A stretch of DNA of 64,000 bases from an uncultured Solirubrobacterales bacterium (GTDB lineage Bacteria; Actinomycetota; Thermoleophilia; Solirubrobacterales; Solirubrobacteraceae), in the NCBI GenBank assembly GCA_963725265.1, contig CAVRXP010000002.1, forward strand, positions 699,426-763,425, written 5' to 3'. Shown here piece by piece: positions 31,791-40,714 of the stretch; position 1 is the stretch's first letter; every line of letters starts with the position of its first letter. The notes under the pieces are model-generated. The model did no database searches. It saw only the letters and a list, made by a program, of their open reading frames with translations, and was not told the origin of the DNA. The position numbers and the translations under genes were made by a program.

Positions 31791-32039
31791 GTGGCCCCGC
31801 CCGACTCCAGGGATGCACAGGTCCAAAAGCGCAGCCGCCGCGAGCAGGCGCGTACCGGCGCGGCGGTCGCGTTGGCGGTGCTGATGACCCTGTTCGCGGT
31901 GCTCAACCTCAAACAGGTGGAGGTCAACTGGATCTTCGGCAAGAGCTCGACGCCGCTGATCATCGTGATCGTGGTCTCCCTGTTGGTGGGAATCCTGCTG
32001 ACGCATTTCGCCGAGTTGCGCTACCGGCGTCGGCGCTAG
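31791..32039 (+). CDS. LapA/DUF1049-like small membrane protein
   Basis: FAVLNxxxVxVNWIF; two TMs; Arg tail. Confidence 0.8.
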   Translation: MAPPDSRDAQVQKRSRREQARTGAAVALAVLMTLFAVLNLKQVEVNWIFGKSSTPLIIVIVVSLLVGILLTHFAELRYRRRR

Positions 32040-32184
32040 ACCGTCACCGGCAGAGCTGCGCTACCGGCGCCGACGCTAGACCGTCACCGGCAGAGCTGCG
32101 CTACGGGCGCCGGCGCTAGACCGTCATCGACCGAGTTGCGCTACCGGCGCTGGCGCTAGACCGTCGCCGGCAGAGCTGCGCCAC
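32011..32184. repeat. 40-bp tandem repeat (~4.3 copies) duplicating the gene 3' end and stop codon
   Basis: GAG(T/C)TGCGCTAC...CGCTAGACCGTC units starting at 32013, 32053, 32093, 32133, 32173. Confidence 0.95.
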
Positions 32185-32239
32185 GGACACCCCAGAGCAC
32201 CCGCGGGAGGCCCCCAGGTGCGCGCGGATCAGGGAGTCT

Positions 32240-33613
32240 TCAGGCCACCTTCTGCGCGGCGTGCTGCTCGGTGACGATCTGAGCGGCCTGCTCGGCGCCG
32301 AGGAACGGCGCCAGCACCACATAGCCCAGATAGCCCGACAGCTCTGGCAGCGCGCCGCTGCCGCCGCGAGTGGTTTGAGCGTAGATCGTATGCCAGATCG
32401 CCCCTTCGATGCCTTCCTGGGCTATGCCGGTGAGCGGCGTCCGGGGAGCACCTGCTGTCAGCCGGGCGGCCACGTCGCACGCGAGCTCGGCGACCATGTC
32501 CCCTCCGTACTGTCCGATGGCAAACACCCCTGTCGCGAGCGTCTGGGCGTAGGCGGGCCGTGCGGCGAAGTAGCGCATCATCCTCTCCGAAGATCGGAGC
32601 ACGGCGGCCGCCCATTCGCTGGAGGAGCGCAGCCCAGGGTCAGAAACAGTCTCGAGCACCTCCAAGGCGAGCTGCTCGATCGCCGCCAGGAAGCATTCCT
32701 CCATGTCCTCGAACAGGTCGAAGAAGGTGTCGATCGAGACGCCGGCCTCGTCGGCGATCCGCATCGGCGTCAGGTTTCCATGCCCTTCAAGGGCGGCCAG
32801 TTCCAGGGCGCTGCGCTGTACGCGCGCGCACTCGTCCTGCTCGCCGATGCGCGCCCGCTTGGGCAGCGCCGGCAACCGCAGTGCGAGCGGCCCCGGCTCG
32901 AACGTCCTGAAGAGGAGCATCCAGCTCAGCATGTCCTCCACCAGCCCAGGCAGCTCCGCGGTGCGCTGCTCGAGCAAGCGCACGAACGTCACGCGGCGCA
33001 CCCCGCCCACGATCGCGCGTGTAACGGGCTCGGGCAGCGGCGCGGCGTCCGGAGCATGGGCGAAGCCGGCCTCCAGCAACTGCTCGAAGATGCGCAGCGT
33101 TTCAGTCAGCCGCTCCCATCCTGCCGGCCCGGCCGACGGCGCCTCCACAAGCAGCAGCCGCCCCCCCTTCGGGTTGCTGGCGACGGCGTCGGCGAAGCTG
33201 CTCAGCGCGGCTTCCAGGCGCTCCTCGAGCGTGCCGTCGGTCGAGCGATAGCCGGAGGCGATATGGGCCAGCCCCTGGTTTGCGACCAGGTCCAGGGTCG
33301 CCAGGAAACACTCCTCCTTGTTGGCGAACTGCTCGTAGAAGGCCCGTCGCGAGACGCCGGCAAGCATCACGACCTGCTTGACGCTCGTGCGTCCATAGCC
33401 GCTGGCGGCGACCGCCTCGATCATCGCCCCATACATGCGCTGGCGCTGGTTGCGGGCTACCTCCAGCGGCTTCATCCGGTGGGGCCCCCTGGGCAGACGC
33501 TCGTATAGCGGCGCGATCCCGCCGAAGTCTTTCCCACCCTGCGTCAACGCTGTTCTATCTCCTCGAATACTTATATCCCCTCGACTATCAAGGAGTCTTG
33601 GAAACAATATCAT
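32240..33613 (-). CDS. Tandem double-domain TetR regulator
   Basis: Two HTHs: AGVSRRAFYEQFANKEEC and AGVSIDTFFDLFEDMEEC; true start probably near 33547. Confidence 0.88.
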   Translation of the reverse strand: MILFPRLLDSRGDISIRGDRTALTQGGKDFGGIAPLYERLPRGPHRMKPLEVARNQRQRMYGAMIEAVAASGYGRTSVKQVVMLAGVSRRAFYEQFANKEECFLATLDLVANQGLAHIASGYRSTDGTLEERLEAALSSFADAVASNPKGGRLLLVEAPSAGPAGWERLTETLRIFEQLLEAGFAHAPDAAPLPEPVTRAIVGGVRRVTFVRLLEQRTAELPGLVEDMLSWMLLFRTFEPGPLALRLPALPKRARIGEQDECARVQRSALELAALEGHGNLTPMRIADEAGVSIDTFFDLFEDMEECFLAAIEQLALEVLETVSDPGLRSSSEWAAAVLRSSERMMRYFAARPAYAQTLATGVFAIGQYGGDMVAELACDVAARLTAGAPRTPLTGIAQEGIEGAIWHTIYAQTTRGGSGALPELSGYLGYVVLAPFLGAEQAAQIVTEQHAAQKVA

Positions 33614-33703
33614 TCCATGTCAGAGATTTATTGTCTACGAGCATATCGGGGGCTGCTGCGCGAGGCAGGTCCGCCCCGTGAGCCGCGCCGAAGCCTCGTA
33701 TCT

Positions 33704-34240
33704 CTAATGCAGCAGCGCCCGCAGCAGCAAGATCGCGCTGCCCATGCCGGCCCCGACAAGCGCCTCCAGCATCAGCTCCAGCGGTTTCGCCCGCGAGCGG
33801 ACCCCGGCCGCCAGCTCGAATACGACCAAGCTGCCCACAATGCTCCACACCGCGGCGGTCAGCGCCGTGGCTTGGGGGGCGCCAGCCGCCCAAGCCACGA
33901 GCAGGACCAGCAGGGGTATGCCGGCCCCCTGGGCGATCGACCAGTCGCGACCGAAGGTATGCCAGAGCACCCCCCAGCTGAAGCTTTCGCGCTCGGCCAA
34001 GCGCAGCCCGAGCACGTCGGAGTAGGAATGCGCGAACCAGTAGAGCAGCATCGCCAGCGCAGCCGAGCCGACCGTCTCGGGATAGGTGTCGTGCAGCCCG
34101 CTCTCGGCGGCAAGCAGCGCCCCAACCGTTACCAGCCCGTAGACGGCTCCGGCCGGATTGCGCTCGGGCACGATCAGACCGGCCAGACGCTCGGCCAGGC
34201 CCACCTGCGCGCGCGTTTCGGTTGGACGGTTGGGCTCCAC
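33704..34240 (-). CDS. Hypothetical integral membrane protein
   Basis: About 5 TM segments; YWFAHSYS motif. Confidence 0.8.
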   Translation of the reverse strand: MEPNRPTETRAQVGLAERLAGLIVPERNPAGAVYGLVTVGALLAAESGLHDTYPETVGSAALAMLLYWFAHSYSDVLGLRLAERESFSWGVLWHTFGRDWSIAQGAGIPLLVLLVAWAAGAPQATALTAAVWSIVGSLVVFELAAGVRSRAKPLELMLEALVGAGMGSAILLLRALLH

Positions 34241-34350
34241 GCTAGGCGCTCAGCTTAAGCCCCAGACTCTGACGCCGCCCCGTCCGCGCCAACCGCCGCG
34301 CGATCCGAGGTCACGCCCGTCGGCGCCAACCGCCGCGCGATCCGCGATCA

Positions 34351-36201
34351 TTGACCCCAGCGTTGAGCACTGTCACGACCCCGCCCATGCCACCGCCTCT
34401 ACCCGATGGCGCCCCTCCGGGATCGCTCCCGCCTGAGCCACCGCGCCGTGGCTGGTGGCTGGCCAGGCGCTTCCTGCTCGCCGCTTTCTGCATAGTCGCG
34501 CTAGCCGGCGCCGCGACCTACATGGTGATCCGCAACGAGGTCGACAAGGTCGTCAGCGCGCTGGGCCAGAACAAGCCGGTGAAGGTCGCGTCGAAAGTGC
34601 TGATCCCCACCAGCACGGGCGAACCAGAGACGCTGCTGCTGGTCGGCAACGACGAACGCAAGGCCCCGAAGGGCAACCCGTCGGGAGCGGTGCTGCCGCA
34701 CTCCAACGAGATGCTGCTCGTGCGCATAGACCCAAGCAAGCCGACGATCTCGATGCTCTCGATCCCGCGCGAGCTGCGCGTCAGCTTCACCGCGCCCAAC
34801 GGCGAAGTCATCACCAACCGCATCAACTCCGCCTACACCTACGGCTACGAGGAGGGCGGTGGCACCTCCGGCGGAGTCAAGCTGATGCTCGAAACGATCA
34901 AAACTTTGCTCGGCATCACCGTCAACCACGTGTTCGTGACCGACTTCAAACGCTTCGAACACGCCGTCGACGAAATGGGCTGCGTGTACATGACGGTGGA
35001 CAAGCGCTACTACCACAGCAACGACGAACCGGGCGCCGAACAGTACTTCGAAATCCACCTGGAGCCTGGCTATCAGCGCCTGTGCGGCCAACAGGCGCTC
35101 GAATTCGTCGCCAACCGCCACGAAAGCACTTCGCTGATCCGCGACGCTCGCGACCAGCGCTTCCTGCTCGACGCCAAGGCGCAGTACGGCCCGGGACTCT
35201 TCGGGAACCGCGAAAAGTTCGAGAAGGTCCTCGGCAAGGCGGTGCAAACCGACCTGCACGGCGAAGAACAGGTGCTCGACCTGCTGGAGCTGCTGGCCGA
35301 ATCGGCCGGCAAGCCGGTGCGCCAGGTCCCGTTCCACGTCAACCTGCTGCCCACCTACGACACGGCGACACCCCAGCAGTTCCAAGAAGCGGCGCACTCC
35401 TTCCTGGCGGGCACGGCGCCGATCCCCAAGCACAAGCTCAACGCCGCGGTGCGCTCCGTCAAGAGCTCGCATCACTCCGCCGAGGCAGCTCTGTCGCTCA
35501 CGCCAACGCCAAGCTCGACGGTCGACCAGGCGTTGGTCGCGGCTCCGCGCCTGCCGTTCCCGCTGGAGGTCCCCCAGTACCAGAAGACAACCGCCGAAGC
35601 CTCCCCAGACGAACTCTTGCTCTACGGCATCCAGAGCCCCAACGGCCGCCACCGCTACCCCTCGTATGTGGTCGTCGTCGACGACGGCGAACTGGGCCAG
35701 TACTACGACATCCAGGGCAGCACGTGGACCGGCCTGCCGCTGCTCAGCGATCCGAGCCAGAGCGTGCGCATCGGCTCGCGCACCTACAGCCTCTACTACG
35801 ACGGCGAACACATCAAGACGGTCGCCTGGAGAGAAGGCCGCGGCGTCTACTGGATCGAAAACACGCTGACCTACAGCCTCTCGCCCGAAACGATGGTGGC
35901 GATTGCCCGCACCACACGCCCCGTCGGCAGCTCGAACTCGACGGTGCCGGCGGTGAGCGCGGCCCCGCACCGCCTGGCGGTCCCCTTGCCCACACCGGGC
36001 GCGACCACTACGGGTAGCAGGGCCAAGATCGAAGCCGCGATCGCCTTGCTCAGCCTCGTGATCGTGGCATTGCTGGCCCTGCGCCTGCTCTACCGCCAAC
36101 GCGAGCTCAAAGCGCTACGCGCGCAGGTCGCGGAGGCGATGGCGCTGGAAGCCCGTCGCGCCACGCGCCTGCGCGCCCGCGTCGGCGCACGCTCCAAATA
36201 G
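34351..36201 (+). CDS. LytR-CpsA-Psr (LCP) family protein, divergent
   Basis: LLVGND, SIPRE, RINSAY, PGYQRLCG; N- and C-terminal TMs. Confidence 0.88.
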   Translation: MTPALSTVTTPPMPPPLPDGAPPGSLPPEPPRRGWWLARRFLLAAFCIVALAGAATYMVIRNEVDKVVSALGQNKPVKVASKVLIPTSTGEPETLLLVGNDERKAPKGNPSGAVLPHSNEMLLVRIDPSKPTISMLSIPRELRVSFTAPNGEVITNRINSAYTYGYEEGGGTSGGVKLMLETIKTLLGITVNHVFVTDFKRFEHAVDEMGCVYMTVDKRYYHSNDEPGAEQYFEIHLEPGYQRLCGQQALEFVANRHESTSLIRDARDQRFLLDAKAQYGPGLFGNREKFEKVLGKAVQTDLHGEEQVLDLLELLAESAGKPVRQVPFHVNLLPTYDTATPQQFQEAAHSFLAGTAPIPKHKLNAAVRSVKSSHHSAEAALSLTPTPSSTVDQALVAAPRLPFPLEVPQYQKTTAEASPDELLLYGIQSPNGRHRYPSYVVVVDDGELGQYYDIQGSTWTGLPLLSDPSQSVRIGSRTYSLYYDGEHIKTVAWREGRGVYWIENTLTYSLSPETMVAIARTTRPVGSSNSTVPAVSAAPHRLAVPLPTPGATTTGSRAKIEAAIALLSLVIVALLALRLLYRQRELKALRAQVAEAMALEARRATRLRARVGARSK

Positions 36202-36390
36202 ACGGCCGGCTAGAAGCCAAACAGAAACGTAACAAAGATGGCCGCTCTATATGTATTGTATCGCTATACGGGATTCCGCTCCGGTCGCTCCGGTCATGCC
36301 GGGCTCGTGCCCGAGCTGCAATCAGTGACGTATCGGCGGGAGTCGATACGTGATTGCACCGCAAATGGAAACCAACAAAGGGGCCATAGA

Positions 36391-36636
36391 ATGACCTGCA
36401 GAGTAAGTGCTTTTAGGGATCGTGTAGTGCTCGTAAGCCATCACCCCATCTCGGTCTTCACTACCACGGACGAGCACCTCGACCGCATCGGTAAGAAGCC
36501 CGACGGACACTACGACAGAGAGGCCCTGTTGACCCTGGCCGAGGAGGGCAACGCCGTCGTGTACGACGAGGACGCGGTACGCGCCATCACGCAGGCGATC
36601 GGCCCCCTCATACACGGCTGCCCCCCGGCGGTGTAG
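36391..36636 (+). CDS. Small hypothetical protein
   Basis: AAAGGGG RBS-like sequence; coding-like codon usage in the 3' part. Confidence 0.6.
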   Translation: MTCRVSAFRDRVVLVSHHPISVFTTTDEHLDRIGKKPDGHYDREALLTLAEEGNAVVYDEDAVRAITQAIGPLIHGCPPAV

Positions 36637-36694
36637 AACGACACCGGCGCTTGCCATTCACCCGAGGGGTCGTGCAGGCCCCAGTCTCATAGCC

Positions 36695-38203
36695 TCACAC
36701 CGGAGCAGGCTCGGTTTCCTGGAGGGCGCTGGCGGTGCTCTCGCCGCGGGCCTCCAGGGAGTGTTCGCGGCTGTCGCGTGAGGAGATCAGGATGGCGGCG
36801 AGGATCGCTCCGGCGATCGCGAAGCCCGCGCCGACGAGGAATGCACGGTCGTACCCCTTGGTGAGAGCGACCGATGTGCTGTGGACGCCTGCGTGCAGGA
36901 GACTCTGGGTGCGGCTGTTGGCGACGGTGGCGAGGATCGCAAGGCCGAGCGCGCCGCCGACCTGTTGTGAGGTGTTGATCAGCCCTGAGGCGAGACCGGC
37001 CTCGTGTGGCTTGGTGCCCGTCACCGCTGCGATCGTCACGGGAACGAAGGAAAAGCCGAGCCCCAACGACGCGAGGATCGACGGCCCGAGGACGTCAGCG
37101 GCAAAGGAGCCGCCCGGCGCCCGCACCCGCGAGAACCACAGCAGCGCGGCGGCGATCAAGAGCAGCCCGCCGATCAGTGTGGGCTTGAACCCCACGCGCG
37201 TGACCAGTTGTGAGGCAGCGCCGGCGGAGAGGATGATCCCGATCGCGAGTGGCAAATAGGAGACCCCGGCCTTGATCGGCGAGTAGTGCAGGACGTCTTG
37301 GAGGTAGAGGGAGATGAAGAAGAACATCGAGAACAACGACATCCCGATCAGCAGTCCGACGATGTCGGCGCCGCGGAGCGTGCGCAGTCGGAAGATCGAG
37401 AATGGCAGCAGCGGGTGGCGCTGGCGATGCTCGATCACGACGAACGCGACAAGCAGGATGGCTGCCCCCGCGAGGCGCAACAGCGTGCCGGTCGATCCCC
37501 AGCCCACGTTCACGGCGTCGACGACCGCGTAGACAAGCAGCGCCAGTCCGGCGGTGACGGTCACCGCGCCGGGGATGTCGAAACCTTCGGTGTCGTCTTC
37601 GGCGTGGCTCTCCAGCAGTATCCGCGGCGCGAGCGCGGCGGCGATCAGGCCGATGGGAACGTTGACGAACAGCACCCAGCGCCAGGACAGCCCACTCGTG
37701 AGGATCCCGCCGAGCAGCACGCCGGCCGCGCCGCCGGCGCCCGCGACCGCCCCCCACACGCCGAGCGCACGGTTGCGCTCCGCTCCTTCGGCGAACGTGG
37801 TCGTGATGATCGAGAGCGCCGCCGGCGAGACGATCGCCGCGCCGAGCCCCTGGGTCGCGCGTGCGACGATCAGCCAGGCCTCCGACTGGGCCAGCCCGCC
37901 GGCCAGCGAGGCGAGCGAGAAGAGCACCAGCCCGATCATGAACATGCGTCGGCGGCCGAGCAGGTCGGAGAGGCGCCCCCCAAGCAGCAGGAACCCGCCG
38001 AATGTGAGCGTGTAGGCGTTTACGACCCACGAGAGGTCGTCGCGGGAGAAGTGCAGGTGGGCGCCGATAGAAGGGAGCGCGACGTTGACGATCGACGCGT
38101 CGATGACGATCACGAACTGGGTCATCGCCAGCAGCATCAGCGCGAGGTTCTTCGCGCGGGGCGTGTCGAGCGATGGCGCATGGGGTTGGGCGAACGAACT
38201 CAT
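36695..38203 (-). CDS. DHA2 (14-TM) MFS efflux transporter
   Basis: DASIVNVALP, GGRLSDLLGRR, WRWVLFVNVPIG. Confidence 0.95.
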   Translation of the reverse strand: MSSFAQPHAPSLDTPRAKNLALMLLAMTQFVIVIDASIVNVALPSIGAHLHFSRDDLSWVVNAYTLTFGGFLLLGGRLSDLLGRRRMFMIGLVLFSLASLAGGLAQSEAWLIVARATQGLGAAIVSPAALSIITTTFAEGAERNRALGVWGAVAGAGGAAGVLLGGILTSGLSWRWVLFVNVPIGLIAAALAPRILLESHAEDDTEGFDIPGAVTVTAGLALLVYAVVDAVNVGWGSTGTLLRLAGAAILLVAFVVIEHRQRHPLLPFSIFRLRTLRGADIVGLLIGMSLFSMFFFISLYLQDVLHYSPIKAGVSYLPLAIGIILSAGAASQLVTRVGFKPTLIGGLLLIAAALLWFSRVRAPGGSFAADVLGPSILASLGLGFSFVPVTIAAVTGTKPHEAGLASGLINTSQQVGGALGLAILATVANSRTQSLLHAGVHSTSVALTKGYDRAFLVGAGFAIAGAILAAILISSRDSREHSLEARGESTASALQETEPAPV

Positions 38204-38288
38204 TGGAAGCTGACCTCCGGTTCCGGTTTGCCTTCGCGACTATAGTGAACTATGATTCCGCTTGTCAAGGGAGTTGGGTGAAAACACT

Positions 38289-38930
38289 GTGAACGTCACG
38301 CCAATCGACACCGAGCGCCCGCTGCGCGCCGACGCTCGCCGCAACCGCGCGCGCATCATCGAGGCGGCACGCGAGCTGTTCGCCGGCGAGCAGCCCAATG
38401 TCCAGATGGACGACATCGCCCGTCACGCCGGTGTGGGTGTCGGCACCGTCTACCGGCACTTCCCCGACAAGGAGGCGCTAATGGGAGAGCTCGTGCGCCA
38501 GCGCTTCGAGCTCTTCAACGAGAACCTCCGCCACGCCGTGGCAGACGAGCGCCACGGCGCGTTCGCGGCGCTCGTCGGCGCGCTGCGCGCAAACGTCGCG
38601 TCCGTCGCCGAGGACGCCGCGACCCGCTTCGCGTTCATGAGCGGCGGCGAGCGCGTCTTCGCCCACGCCGCCTCAGAGATGGAGCAGTTCATGCTGCTCG
38701 CCGACGAGCTCGTGGGCCGCGCCCACCGCGCGGGCGAGCTGCGCAAGGACTTCCAGGCAAGCGATATCCCGATGGTCATGTGCGGGATCTGCGCGACGAT
38801 CGGCGCAAACAAGCCGGACTGGGACTGGCAACACCACTTCGACCTAATCCTCCATGGGATGCAGCCGCTGGGGTCACCGCAGAACCAGTTGACGAGCCGG
38901 CCGTCCAATTCGTCCACCAGCAGCGGGTAA
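38289..38930 (+). CDS. TetR regulator divergent from the MFS gene
   Basis: RADARRNR, AGVGVGTVYRHFP. Confidence 0.93.
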   Translation: MNVTPIDTERPLRADARRNRARIIEAARELFAGEQPNVQMDDIARHAGVGVGTVYRHFPDKEALMGELVRQRFELFNENLRHAVADERHGAFAALVGALRANVASVAEDAATRFAFMSGGERVFAHAASEMEQFMLLADELVGRAHRAGELRKDFQASDIPMVMCGICATIGANKPDWDWQHHFDLILHGMQPLGSPQNQLTSRPSNSSTSSG

Positions 38931-39255
38931 GGCCCGGAGCCGATCCCTCGTTACGGAGAGAGACTGGTTCCGGCAAAAATCGCCCCTGAAACGCCCCCAG
39001 GGCCTGCACAAAAACGCCCCTGGGAACGGCGGGACACCTGGTACCCCGCTGACCGAAGACGAACACCTCCCCATCATCGTCGGGCTTGCTCCGATCCAGC
39101 GCGGAACCTGAGCGCCGCCTTGCCATGGCGGCGAACCTGTCTGACCACTTCGGAGAGACACCGGAGAACAAGGACCTACCGAGGTAGTCCCCGGCAAATC
39201 GATTGCTACCAATGCGATGGTTGCAATCGTTGCAGTCAGCTGCTACCGTCGCCCT

Positions 39256-39681
39256 ATGGCAACCTCACCAACGATTTCCCGCACAGATCTGCAGCGGGTG
39301 CTTCCGACCTTCCGTAAGGCCGCCGCGCTCATCGATGTGCATCCTTCGTTCATCAGTCGTGCCGTGCGTGATCTGGGGATCACGCCAGTCGAGTGGGGCC
39401 GGCGCGAGCGCTACCTGCAGATCCCGGACGTGCTGTTGATCGCGACTCATGCCCGGCGCAACGCTGTCGAGGAGGTCGCGGGGGGCTTGGTCGAGCTAGC
39501 CGAGCAGCAAGCCCCGGAGCTTGCGGGATGGGTCACGACAGAAGCAGAGCAATTCCTCGCGGCGCTTCCCGCGCCCGAGCCCGAGGACAGCGACGCCTTC
39601 CTTGCAGAGCTGCGCAGCGAGCTGCCGGGGGAGTGGGCCGATCGCGCAGAGGCGATCTACCGCCGCCATCTGAATGACTAG
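39256..39681 (+). CDS. Hypothetical protein with an N-terminal HTH-like segment
   Basis: FRKAAALIDVHPSFISRA; upstream TGCAA-N3-TTGCA inverted repeat. Confidence 0.7.
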   Translation: MATSPTISRTDLQRVLPTFRKAAALIDVHPSFISRAVRDLGITPVEWGRRERYLQIPDVLLIATHARRNAVEEVAGGLVELAEQQAPELAGWVTTEAEQFLAALPAPEPEDSDAFLAELRSELPGEWADRAEAIYRRHLND

Positions 39682-40294
39682 ACGGGGTGACGCCGCTCGC
39701 GGTATCCCCGGTCAGCCCAGCCACCGTTAGGCTCGCCAACACCGGGCGTGAACCCGAACCCGTCGAGCTCCTCGAGCGTGAGGGCAATCCCCGAGTCCTC
39801 GAGCACGCCGACGCGTCCGTGTGCGACGGTCACCACGTCGATCGCCGACACGACGAGCGTCAGCAGGAGGGCAGCGGTCATGTACTCCCCTCGGAGCTTG
39901 CCCTCGACATCCCCGCGGACACACACTGATGTGATCAGATGCGGGCGGCGGCGCCCCGCCTTCGCCCGCGGCGGCTTGATGCTTGGTCCTCGAAGTGCCA
40001 GGACAGGAAGGCCGCAACGCGGTTCGAGTTGCGCACGTCGACCGCGAGCAGTCGACGCCCCTTCGCAGCGTCGGCACGGTGCCACTCAGACCGAGCCGGC
40101 TCAGGGGCCGGGACACCGATCAGCCTGTGCCGCGGGGTATACAGACGCCAGCGCACCGCGCTCCCGTCGGGGGCACCAACGGACGGCAGGTAGTGGTCCA
40201 GACGGACCCGGGTCTGCGGATCACCGGACCGCAGGGCGTCCGAAACGACCAGCACCGCCGCCAGTCGTCTGATGAGTTCGTCACGGTCAGGCAC
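39678..40294 (-). CDS. Hypothetical protein, frameshifted near 39950
   Basis: ORFs 39935-40294 and 39678-40085 join into one plausible protein. Confidence 0.5.
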
Positions 40295-40453
40295 GACCGT
40301 ACATTCGAGAGGATGCCCTGGACGCTACAGTTCCGGCAGGCCGGCTCCCATGGCAGACGAAAGGTGCCGGGCACAAACGGACGCCCAAGTCATCCTCAGG
40401 GTGCTGAGCCAGTCTCCTCCTTCGGTCCGGCGGCGGTAGGATGCCAGCGCTAG

Positions 40454-40491
40454 GCCGAAGTAGCTCAGCTGGTAGAGCACCGCCATGGTAA
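40454..40491 (+). pseudogene. 5' half of the split tRNA-Thr(GGT) (attL)
   Basis: GCCGAAG-TAGCTCAGCTGGTAGAGCA-CCGCC-ATGGTAA then non-tRNA sequence; TAGGAT -10 box 11 nt upstream. Confidence 0.92.
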
Positions 40492-40603
40492 AGAAGGAGG
40501 CACAAGCAGAAGTCCCAACTTGTGCTCTTCAAAAGAGATCAAGTATCGGTGCCCTCTCTGCGACTGGCTGGCCCTCCGGAGGGAGGTGCCGGAGGATCTC
40601 GCG

Positions 40604-40624
40604 GGGGGCGTTTTGGGGGCGTCA
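40604..40624 (+). repeat. Candidate integrase arm-type sites (left)
   Basis: GGGGGCGTTTT/GGGGGCGTCA, 11-bp period. Confidence 0.65.
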
Positions 40625-40714
40625 GACGTTTCGGCGCGGCCTGAACAGATCGCCTCCGCCGCGTTGTCGCTTGGCGCAGGCGAACGTCGGGTATAGCCTT
40701 CTATAGACATAGAC

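Noticed and set aside
32011-32184. Possible CRISPR array
   Set aside because: The units are contiguous near-identical 40-mers with no unique spacers and no cas genes, and they copy a gene end.
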